Shown piece after piece: positions 29,379-38,231 of a stretch of 64,000 nt of DNA. Numbering within the stretch: position 1 is the stretch's first letter; each line of letters opens with the position of its first letter. Source of the stretch: Acidobacteriota bacterium (GTDB lineage Bacteria; Acidobacteriota; UBA890; WLXD01); NCBI GenBank assembly GCA_965205505.1, contig CBDBHB010000009.1:352001-416000 (forward strand), given 5' to 3'. A model generated the notes under the pieces. The model was given only the letters and a program-made list of their open reading frames with translations, was not told where the DNA came from and did not search any database. Position numbers and translations under genes: made by a program.

Positions 29379-29999
29379 ATGATCGAAGTTCGCAGCTCCT
29401 ATCGGGTCAAGATGCCCGACGCCGAGGGCCCTGTCGAAGAGCTGGCGCAACAGTGCCGCGAAACCGTGTGGCCGATTCTGGGCTGGGATGGCCGTGTTCA
29501 GCAGATGCTGCATGGCCACGCGCAACAAAGCCTGTTCGTTTGGTCGTTCCAGTGGCCGAGCCTCGCTGCATGGGAAGCGGCGATGGTGGCGGCGGAGCAA
29601 TGCGACGAATACTGCGCCTGGCGAGCCGAGATCGCCCCGCGCTTGCTCTACGGCGGCGCTCAAGAGGTGTTCACCGTGCTCGATCCGTCACCGCCGGCCG
29701 ACAACACGCCGCGCAAGATCGAGGTGCGGAGCTCATACATCGCGCGAATCGACCGACTCGATCGGGCGCGCCAGCACATGGCCCGCGCCCAGGACATCGC
29801 CGGCTGGTCGGGTCAGAACCAGCAGCTGCTCTGCGGCAACGATGCCCCGGGGAAGTTCGTCTGGTCGTCGACCTGGGACAGCCTGGCAGTGTGGGAACAG
29901 GCGATGGGCGCTGGCGACGACGAGCTCGAGGGCTGGTTCGGTGGCTGGGTGGCGCTGGTCGACTTCGGCGGCACGCGCGAGGTGTTTCGTAATCTCTGA
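29379..29999 (+). CDS. Hypothetical protein with two tandem NIPSNAP/ferredoxin-like repeats
   Basis: IEVRSSY...GW.G..QQ.L.G...FVWS..W.SLA.WE.AM...GG..EVF occurs twice. Confidence 0.7.
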   Translation: MIEVRSSYRVKMPDAEGPVEELAQQCRETVWPILGWDGRVQQMLHGHAQQSLFVWSFQWPSLAAWEAAMVAAEQCDEYCAWRAEIAPRLLYGGAQEVFTVLDPSPPADNTPRKIEVRSSYIARIDRLDRARQHMARAQDIAGWSGQNQQLLCGNDAPGKFVWSSTWDSLAVWEQAMGAGDDELEGWFGGWVALVDFGGTREVFRNL

Positions 30000-30052
30000 G
30001 CCGTAGGAAATCGAACCCCCGACCTGCGGATGTCACATCCGATGCTCCAGCG
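29997..30052 (-). pseudogene. Degenerate tRNA-like 3' half
   Basis: Minus strand GGAGCA-TCGGA-TGTGACA-TCCGC-AGGTC-GGGGG-TTCGATT-TCCTA-CGGCTC has the anticodon arm, variable loop and T-loop layout; no 5' half and a non-canonical loop. Confidence 0.35.
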
Positions 30053-30145
30053 GCCGTCGAGGGTCCAGCGTAGCTGTGAAGAAAGGAGCGGTCGCCCCGG
30101 TTCACGAGGGGGTCCTGGGAGGACGGTGGCCCTTCATAGTCCTCT

Positions 30146-30250
30146 TCATCTTTGATGGATGTCGTTGCCCTTGCCACAGGTGAGACACTCGTACTCCGGT
30201 GACTCTCCTTCGAACACGACGCGCCCCGCTAGTTGAAGAGCTTGCCAACT
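30146..30250 (-). pseudogene. 3' remnant of a small CxxC protein cut at the IS/MITE junction
   Basis: WQALQLAGRVVFEGESPEYECLTCG...*; no continuation beyond the MITE. Confidence 0.3.
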
Positions 30251-30349
30251 AGATGAGATGAGAAGGCCAACCTCCTGAACGCAGTAGCCTGACGGCTCTG
30301 CAAACGTTTCTTCAAACGTAACGGGCTCGAAGCCCAAGGAGGTTGGCCG

Positions 30350-31392
30350 ATGAGGAGTGTAACGATTGGACTGGACGTAAGCGACCGGTACAGCCGTATG
30401 TGCGTGCTCGACAGTAAGGGCAGGGTGATGGAGGAAGGGCGGGTGAGGACGAGCCCGGAGGGGCTGGCGAGGCGGTTCGGGTGCGAGGAGCCCGCTCGAG
30501 TAGTGCTGGAGGTTGGAACGCACTCGCCGTGGATGAGTGAGCAGTTGAAGCAACTGGGTCATGAGGTGCTGGTGGCTAACCCGAGGCGGCTGAAGCTGAT
30601 CTATGGCGAGCACGGACCGACCGGTTGGATGCCGAGCACCTGGCACGAGTGGGCAGAATGGACCCAAAGCTGCTTAAGACGGTGCAGCATCGAGGCAGAC
30701 AAGCGCGAGCGGATCTAGCCGTGATTCGGAGCCGAGATGCTCTGGTAAAGAGCCGCACGCAGTTGGTGAGCCATGTGCGTGGTGCGGTCAAGTCGGCCGG
30801 TTGTCGTATTCCCAGGTGCTCGACGCCGGCGTTCGCGCGCACCGCGCCAGAGCACATACCGGAGCGGCTCAAGGGAGCGCTCGAGCCGGTGCTTGAAACG
30901 ATCGCCATGCTGACGGGCAACATCCAGCAATACGAGCGTCAGATCGTGCAGCTGTGCCAGGGGCGATACCCGGAGACACAGCAGCTCCAGCAAGTGGCCG
31001 GGGGCGGAGCTCTGACCGCACTGGCGTATGTGCTGACGCTCGAGGAGCCGGAACGGTTCAATACCTCCAGAGCCGTGGGCCCGTACCTGGGACTGAGACC
31101 GAAGAAACGGCAGTCGGGGGACAAGGACCCTGCGCTACGAATAACCAAGGCGGGCGACAAAATGCTCCGACGCCTGTTGGTGGGCTCGGCGCATTACATC
31201 CTGGGCCCCTTCGGGCCCGATACTGAGCTCAGACGCTGGGGGCTCAAGCTGGCCGGACGCGGTGGTCCTCATGGCAACAAAAAGGCAGCAGTTGCTGTCG
31301 CCCGTAAGCTCGCCGTTGTGCTGCACCGACTGTGGCTGAGTGGAGACGAGTACGAACCGTTGCGCGCACCTGTAGAGGTTTCAGCAGCATGA
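30350..31392 (+). pseudogene. IS110-family DEDD transposase/recombinase, frameshifted near 30614-30616
   Basis: IGLD and VLE in frame 30350; TD.LD, YLGLRP..RQSG and AVARKL in frame 30625; the K of the usual KTD motif is lost at the shift. Confidence 0.85.
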
Positions 31393-31640
31393 ACTAACCC
31401 GCAACCAGGAGGTCGGTAGGGCGACGCGACCCAACGGTTATCGATCTGACCGCCCGGTCCGGGCGACTGCGAAGGTCACTACGAGCTTCGAGCTCGGCAG
31501 CTAGATTGCAGCGCCTCGAATCGGGACGGACCCCAGAATGCACCGGACGACCTGAATCCTCGTCCACCAGAGTGCGAATAGGAGCATGGCGTGCAGATCG
31601 ATTCTTCGCTGGGCACCACATTGCCCTTGACCGAACTAGG
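31393..31640 (+). ncRNA. Predicted seekRNA/bridge RNA of the IS1111-type element
   Basis: Two guide-bearing loops at 31462-31515 and 31559-31584 whose single-stranded parts match the target and the donor junction (see findings). RNA ends are approximate. Confidence 0.75.
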
Positions 31641-31654
31641 CCTTCTCTTAGAAG

Positions 31655-31928
31655 TGGCCTGAGTCAGAAATCCGTTGCATATTGTGGCGAGCGCGACCGA
31701 GGCGGATCCCAGGAGGCGCGACGACGGCGATGCAATAAGCATCGTCGAGGAGTGCCGACGCCGGAGGCGTCCGGTCCCGCCGCCACCCGGAAGGCTGGGC
31801 CGATATGGGGGCAATCTCGGCGTTGCGATTCGTCGACGAGGGGCGTGGCATCGCCATCCTCATCGCGCCTTGAGCTTGCCCCCATCTCGGCCCAGCAATA
31901 TGCAACGGATTTCTGACTCAGGACACTA
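31655..31928. mobile_element. MITE-like element C (IS630-like TA ends), left tip interrupted by the IS
   Basis: Right TIR 31896-31928 reverse-complements to TAGTGTCCTGAGTCAGAAATCCGTTGCATATTG; the left copy is TAG (30250-30252) plus 31655-31684, matching at 32/33. Confidence 0.85.
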
Positions 31929-31942
31929 AGAGGAGGTTCGAA

Positions 31943-33223
31943 ATGAAACGATTGTCGGTCCTGCTGGTTTCTACGTTGTTCGCCGCCACGACGGCCTTCG
32001 CTCAGGAAGGGCCCGATCCGAATCGCCCAGGTGCGAATGAGGTGATTGAGTACGACGTTCCGGACGAGGTCGATATCGACTACGAGGTACTGGACAACAT
32101 CGACACTGCGTCGTCGGAGTTCGGCGTCGTGCCGTTGCCAGCCAACGTTGGCAAGACCCTGACGGGCCTGTTCAGTAAATACACGAAACACGTCGCTCCC
32201 AACGGCAAGCCGATCCATATCCTCGGCCAGTCGCGGGTGAGCGATCTACAGATGGCCCGGGCTCGGGAAATCCTCCGATACCACCTCACGAATGCGCCTA
32301 GTACCAGGTATGGACGTGAAAAGACTGCGATCGCCAACCGCATGGGAGACGTGCGCGCGACGCTCATCTACACAGACACGCAAGCCAGGGCGTTTGCGAT
32401 GTACGACATCATCGGGGAGTCGGAACTCGCTCTCCAGGACCTGTATGCCACGGAATCTCCCGTGGAGGGCGACTACGTTTACCTCCACAACGAGGCCGAG
32501 CCGGGAGGGTTCTTCACGCGTGACGCCTCCTACGAGGAGATCATGCATCTGGTGCACGCGAAAGGCATCGAGGGGGCGCTTCCCGGGTACCACGCAGCGA
32601 TCGAGAAAGCTGAGCAGCGCGCTGTAGATGCCGGGATATACAAGTACGGGTCGCCCGCGCCCCACGAGTACATTATCAGCGGCTTCGATATCTATTTCGG
32701 CTTGTGGGACCACGATCCCCAGGGCGACGGTACCTCCTACGGTGATGAGTACCCGTACCACACACGCGCTGAGATGATGGCCGGCGACCGGCCGTTGTTC
32801 GACCTGGTCAAGGAGTTCTGGCCCGAATACCTAACCTATAACGCCTACATCGATCCCTCGTTCGAAGGGACGTTCATGATGGTTCACGACGATGCCGTCG
32901 AATACACGCACAAGTCGCGGTTTCTCGTGGAGATCACCCTGACGGGAAACAAGGACACGAACGTCTTGGGCAACGACCAGAGCAACATCTTGACGGGCAA
33001 CGAAGGCGACAATGCGTTCATCGGTGGTGCCGGAGACGACGTGATCGCGGGTGGGGCTGGAACCGATCGAGCAACCTTCGCCGGGGTAGCATCCGAGTAC
33101 CGAGTCGAGTCGATGGGATCGACTACAACAGTGACCGACACCGTGGACCGCCGTGACGGGGCGGACGAGTTAACAGGGGTCGAGATCCTCGTTTTTCGGG
33201 ACGGGGAAGTTCGGGTCGAGTAG
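31943..33223 (+). CDS. Secreted EExxH metalloprotease-like protein with RTX Ca-binding repeats
   Basis: GAGGAGG RBS; Sec signal; RDASYEEIMHLVH...HEY; GGAGDD/GGAGTD repeats. Confidence 0.75.
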   Translation: MKRLSVLLVSTLFAATTAFAQEGPDPNRPGANEVIEYDVPDEVDIDYEVLDNIDTASSEFGVVPLPANVGKTLTGLFSKYTKHVAPNGKPIHILGQSRVSDLQMARAREILRYHLTNAPSTRYGREKTAIANRMGDVRATLIYTDTQARAFAMYDIIGESELALQDLYATESPVEGDYVYLHNEAEPGGFFTRDASYEEIMHLVHAKGIEGALPGYHAAIEKAEQRAVDAGIYKYGSPAPHEYIISGFDIYFGLWDHDPQGDGTSYGDEYPYHTRAEMMAGDRPLFDLVKEFWPEYLTYNAYIDPSFEGTFMMVHDDAVEYTHKSRFLVEITLTGNKDTNVLGNDQSNILTGNEGDNAFIGGAGDDVIAGGAGTDRATFAGVASEYRVESMGSTTTVTDTVDRRDGADELTGVEILVFRDGEVRVE

Positions 33224-33264
33224 ATGCTTCGCGCGGCGACGCACCCGACATAACCAACGGGCAT

Positions 33265-33447
33265 GTGGATCATGTATTCGAGGGCGAAGGGCGACAGAAG
33301 CGGCTCGCCTATCCCATCGCTCCGGTTGGCGCATCAGTGCCCTACAACCACCCCGCGTTTTCCGTGTCGAATGACGGAACGTGGTTTGTCGTCGGCAGCC
33401 GCACGGGGAGCCGGGCCGATCTGATGCTGGTGGAAGGCCTGCGCTGA
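33265..33447 (+). pseudogene. C-terminal remnant of a TolB/WD40-like propeller protein
   Basis: FSVSNDGTWFVV...ADLMLVEGLR resembles the last blade of kinase-TolB proteins; no N-terminus. Confidence 0.4.
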
Positions 33448-33498
33448 AGGGTGTTGGACGAACTCACTAATCATCGCCGCGGGGAAGATCCGCCGGCT

Positions 33499-34995
33499 CT
33501 ATTGCGATTGTTGGCCCAGCAGCCGCTGGTATTGCTGCAACGCGTCGGCCTCTAGGCCCGTATGTCCAAGCCGACCATAGGCCGTGGCCAGGTTCAGGAA
33601 GTGGGCTGGATTGTCGGGGTCCAGCTCGATCGCGGCTTGGTACGCGGGCACCGCCGCGGCTGTTTCTGAGAGTGCCAACAGGACGTTGCCGATGGCCGCG
33701 TGCGTCGGTGCGTACAACGGGTTGATGTTGCGGATAGCCTCCAGCGCCTCGAGTGCCGCGTCGTGGCTTCCGGTGCGATGCAGGAGGATGCCGCGCAGGT
33801 ACAGCGCCTCGAAGTGGTCCGGGCGGAGTGCCAGGGTCCGATCAGTGGCAGCAAGTGCGGCGGACAGATCACCGGAGCGCAGCTCGACCTGCGCCACCAT
33901 GATCAGAACATCGGGGTCATCGGACACCTCCACGGCCAGTTGCCGGGCGGCCTGGCGAACCGCATCGAGGTCGCTCGTGGCCAGTGCAGCGGCGGTGTCC
34001 TTCAGCTGCTCGATGCGCCGCGCCCGCTCTTCCAGATCGACACGGGCTCGCGACAACTCCTGGAACCGGGCCTGGTAAACGCCTGCTGTCTCGCGGTCGC
34101 CCAGCCGCGCGTGAACGAGCGCCAGCCGGTAGTGAGCGTCGGCTTGACCGGGGTCCAGCGCGAGGCTCCGGTCGAGTGCCTCGAGAGCTGCATCCAGATT
34201 GCCCAATGTGCCGTGGACACGACCGATCAGATAAAGCGCCATGGCGTTGTCGGGGTCGGCCTTCACGGCCCGCTCGAGGTGTCGTATGGCGCGCTCATGC
34301 TTCTCGGGCAGGTCTGCCAGCGCCATGCCCAAGCCGAAGTGGGCCTGCCCAAGGTCCGGATCGAGCTCGAGGACGCGCTCGAGAGTGGCCACCGCCCCAT
34401 CGATGTCGCCATCCAGGTATTGCTCGCCGCCGAGCTGGGTCATTGCCACTACGTCGGTCGGCCGCAGCCCGACGTAGCCGTGCAGGTGCCGAATCGCATC
34501 GCCGTGAAACGCCAGTTGCACTGCGGCTCCCGCTGCCTTGCGGTATCCGGCCGGTAGCGCCGGTGCTGCCTCGCTCGCCCTCTCGTAGTAAGCCAGCGCC
34601 TCCTCCAGGTTGCCGGCATCCGATTGCATGTCGCCCAAGGCGACCAGCGCGCCAGCGTTGGTCGGCTGCAGGCGCAGCGCACGGAGGTACTCGCGTGCGG
34701 CAGCACCGGGATCCCCGGATCGGCGGAACGCATGACCGTGCCAAAGTGCTATTTGGGTCGACTCGGGTTGCTCGGCTGCAAGCGCCGCAAGCAGGGTGAG
34801 GACCTCCTCGACCCGTCCCGACAGCACGGCGCTGCGCGCCACGCGCAGTTGCGGGTCGGGCTCAGCTTGCTGTTCTGTCTGCGGTGCTATCGCGAACGCC
34901 GCGGTCGCCGACATCAGCCCCGCCACGAGCACCTCTCTCAGGATCGTGGCATGAGTCCAGGGCGTCACGACGCCAACTCCTCCTCCGTGGGACAT
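33499..34995 (-). CDS. Tetratricopeptide repeat protein, exported
   Basis: Multiple A....A..L.P TPR units after a hydrophobic N-terminus. Confidence 0.85.
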   Translation of the reverse strand: MSHGGGVGVVTPWTHATILREVLVAGLMSATAAFAIAPQTEQQAEPDPQLRVARSAVLSGRVEEVLTLLAALAAEQPESTQIALWHGHAFRRSGDPGAAAREYLRALRLQPTNAGALVALGDMQSDAGNLEEALAYYERASEAAPALPAGYRKAAGAAVQLAFHGDAIRHLHGYVGLRPTDVVAMTQLGGEQYLDGDIDGAVATLERVLELDPDLGQAHFGLGMALADLPEKHERAIRHLERAVKADPDNAMALYLIGRVHGTLGNLDAALEALDRSLALDPGQADAHYRLALVHARLGDRETAGVYQARFQELSRARVDLEERARRIEQLKDTAAALATSDLDAVRQAARQLAVEVSDDPDVLIMVAQVELRSGDLSAALAATDRTLALRPDHFEALYLRGILLHRTGSHDAALEALEAIRNINPLYAPTHAAIGNVLLALSETAAAVPAYQAAIELDPDNPAHFLNLATAYGRLGHTGLEADALQQYQRLLGQQSQ

Positions 34996-35157
34996 CTCAA
35001 GAGACCATCATGCGTCAGCTGGCACGCCAGGAGAAGGTCAGAGCGGCCACCCGATCCGTTGCAAAACCGGGCGTCCAACATAGAAAACTGCGATCTAGTT
35101 ACACGCTTCCGAAGAGAGGCGGTCGGAAACGACCGTCACGCTCACAGGAAACCTGAT

Positions 35158-37695
35158 ATGCGCGTCGTCGAGAGGATGACCACAAGAGCCGGTACGGCTG
35201 GGCTTTGCACCAGCAGTGCCGCAATCGGTGCGGTCTGTCTGGTGGTGCTGCTTCCACTGACGGCTCATGCGCAGGTCGCCAGAACCGGCCTGGTTACCGG
35301 CCAGGTCACCGATCCCGACGGCCTGGCCCTGCCGGGTGCCACCGTCATGCTCAGCTCCCCCAGCCAGATCGGTGGCGACCAGACCGCCACATCCGGCGCC
35401 AATGGTGAGTTCAGGTTCCCGGCGTTGGAGCCTGGTCTCTACTCGGTCGCCGTCTCGATGGACGGCTTCAACTCCGAGCAACAGACCGATGTTCGCGTAC
35501 GCTCAGGCTTGGCATCGAACGTCGGCTTTTCGCTGACTCTCGGTGTCACCGACACGGTCACGGTGCGCGGCGCCGCACCGCAGGTCGACATCCGGTCATC
35601 GGCGTCCGCCGAGACGCACATGGACGCAGAGTTCTTCCAGGCGTTGCCTACGAATCGGAGCCTCGAGAACTTGATCAACCTCGTCCCGGGCGCCGTCGGT
35701 CGCGCCGTGAGCGGCGGCACCCAAAACGGCACGCAGTGGAACGTAGACGGGACCAACCAGAACGATCCTGAAGGAGGAGAGGGCGATATCAGCGTCGACT
35801 TCGACAATATCGCCGAGGTGAGCTTTTCCGGTGTCGGCGGGGAGGCCCAGATCGGTGGGTACAGCGGGATCGTGGTGAGCGCGATTACCAAGTCGGGCTC
35901 GAACAACGTTCACGGTGCGGCCAACTTCTTCTACCGCGGCGATGGCTTCAATTCGCAGAACTCCGACAACCCGGAGTTCAGGCGCGAGGTCAACAACAAC
36001 CGCAGCTGGCACGTCGACATCGGCGGACCGCTCGCTCGCGACAAGCTATGGGGCTACGGTTCCTTCCGACGAAACGTTTTCAACGAGCGGGCGGAGCTCG
36101 CCGGCGACCTGGCGGGCTTCTCCAGGGACAACGAGGCCTTCGGGAAGCTCACCTGGCAGCTGAGCCCGAGCGACAAGCTCCAGAGCAGCCTTGTCTGGCA
36201 GAAAGACGACAGCCAGGACGCCTCGGACCGGTTCGTCGCACCAGAAGCAACCTTCGGCCCGTTCGAGAAAAGGCTCACCTTCAATCTCGATTATCTGCAC
36301 GTCTTTTCGCCGAACACCTACCTCGATGCCAAGGTCGGCCTGAGGGATAGCCAGGGCGGCGACTTCAAGAATAGCGGGGGCCTCCCGGCCGCCCACTTCG
36401 ATATCGCCACGGAACGGCTCACCGGAAGCCCGGGCTGGTTCTTCGACAAGACCAGGAACCGCTATCAGGGCAACGTTGCGTTGACCCACTTTGCAGATGA
36501 TTTTCTGGGCGGCTCACACGATTTCAAGGCTGGGATCTCGGGCGACGTAGCGTACCCCTTTACGACCCAGGGTCTCAGCGGGTCGCCGCCCGCCTACTAC
36601 GTCGACTACGACGGACAGCCGCTGTACCGGTATGACTTTCAGAGCACCGCCATCGACCCAAAGGGCACCACGGTGGCCTTCTTCGTTCAGGACTCATGGA
36701 CCCTCAACAACGGTCGGCTGACGATGAATCCCGGCTTGCGGCTCAGTCATTGGTTCGGCAAGAACAAGGGGTTCGTCGGCCCGTGCTGTGGCGAGCCGGG
36801 ATTCGACGTCACCGGAAGTGACTACGCTCCGGCGTGGGGCGTCTCGCCGCGGCTCGGGCTTGTCTACGATCTTCTCGGCGACGGCACGACCGCGGTGAAA
36901 GCGCACTACGGCAGGTACTACGAGCAGCTCATCGCCGGAATGTACGGTGCCTTCAGCTCCTTCCCAGGCATCCAGTTCCGCTTCTCCTTCTGGGATCCCG
37001 AAGCCAACGACTGGGTGGTCGCCTTCGAGGAACGCTCGGAGGGGGGCACACCGATCGACCCCAATGTGAAGATGCCGAACTTCACCGAGTTCAGCGTGGG
37101 TATAGAACGACAGCTCACCCAGGATTTCTCTGTCGAGGTCACGGGCATCGTCAGAGAGACCAACAGCTTCATGGACCAGGTGCGGCTGAATGGCGTGTGG
37201 GTTCCGGTGGAGGTCTTCGACGCGGCCGGCAACTCCTTCACCGTCTACGACATCCTCAACGCTGACGATGGCGTGTTCATCCAAACGAACCCCACGACGC
37301 TTCCCGATCTCCTGCCCCCCACCGAATGCGATCCCTTCGCGCAGAGCCGAAAATACTGGGCGATCGAGGTCTCCATGGAGAAGAGATTCTCCAACCGGTG
37401 GCAGCTGTTGGGCTCGTATGTGTACAGCCAAGCAAGGGGCACGGACGACACCGATTTCTCGGAAGGGGAAGGTCGCGGCTCGTCGCTCGGCTTCTCCTCG
37501 TTGTGGACCGACCCGAACACGCGCTTCGGCGGCTACGGCCCCATGTCCCACGATGTCCCGCATCAGATCAAGTTGTCGGGCTCGGTGGTCTTGCCATACG
37601 AGATCCTCTTTGGCGCCTTCTACAACGGCCTCTCCGGACGTGCCTACACCAAGACGGTGAGCTTCCGCGGCGATTTCGAAAGCGACAACCGCACG
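35158..37695 (+). pseudogene. Oar-type TonB-dependent receptor, 3'-truncated
   Basis: GQVTDPDGLALPGATV domain, TKSGSN, FVQDSW and SPRLG motifs; homology stops near 37695 and the frame runs on as junk to 38160. Confidence 0.75.
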
Positions 37696-38231
37696 AGAGC
37701 GACGTGGGCAAGTGGGACGAAGGTCCGACAGAGCTCATCATGCTCAAGCCAGAGAGAGACCTCTGGAAGGGGCTCGGCAGCGACCGCGAGCGGCAGCGGT
37801 TCATCGGCTGGTTCTGGGCGCGCCGCGATGACGACCTTCGCGACACCGAGCAACCGGTCAAGCGCGGCTTCTACACACGAGTTGCCGAGGCCAACTCGCG
37901 ATTCCACGAGATACCTCGCGGGTGGCGGACCGATCGAGGTCGCGTTTGGGTGGTGCTCGGACGGCCCGATAGCGTCGACACGGATTTTTCGGACACGCAG
38001 GCTGTCTGGAACTACTTCGTGCCTGGCTTGGAATCGGTCTTGGCGTTCAACAGCGACGCCGGAGACTTGCGGGTACGGTTCTCGCGAAGGCCGCCACGGT
38101 CGTATCGAATCGCCGGCGGGTTCGGCCCCGGAGCCTGGCCGGACTACGTTCTGCGCTTAATGCAGCTGATGAGCGAGGCCATGGTTGCCAATCCCGACCT
38201 GGAATTCGACGGCGCGGCCCCGGTGCCTTGA
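37696..38231 (+). pseudogene. GWxTD domain protein lacking its 5' end
   Basis: FWARRD...ANSRF...GWRTDRGRVWVVLGRPD; no start codon or signal peptide before the domain. Confidence 0.7.

Larger units (their letters stand above)
30253..31654 (+). mobile_element. IS110-family element, IS1111-type (about 1.4 kb)
   Basis: Sub-terminal inverted repeats GAGAAGGCC (30260-30268) and GGCCTTCTC (31639-31647); AG core at 30251-30252 and 31653-31654; long right non-coding end; TTGACC at 31627-31632. Confidence 0.88.

Noticed and set aside
29997-30080. Functional tRNA gene
   Set aside because: It has no D-arm or 5' acceptor strand, lacks U33 and has a weak T-stem; kept only as a relic.
30605-30630. Programmed ribosomal frameshift in the transposase
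   Set aside because: There is no slippery sequence and a conserved residue is lost, so mutation or sequencing error is more likely.
34624-38160. 1178-aa ORF as one intact protein
   Set aside because: The N-terminal extension overlaps the opposite-strand TPR gene, and the C-terminal ~155 aa are an off-frame read of the GWxTD gene.
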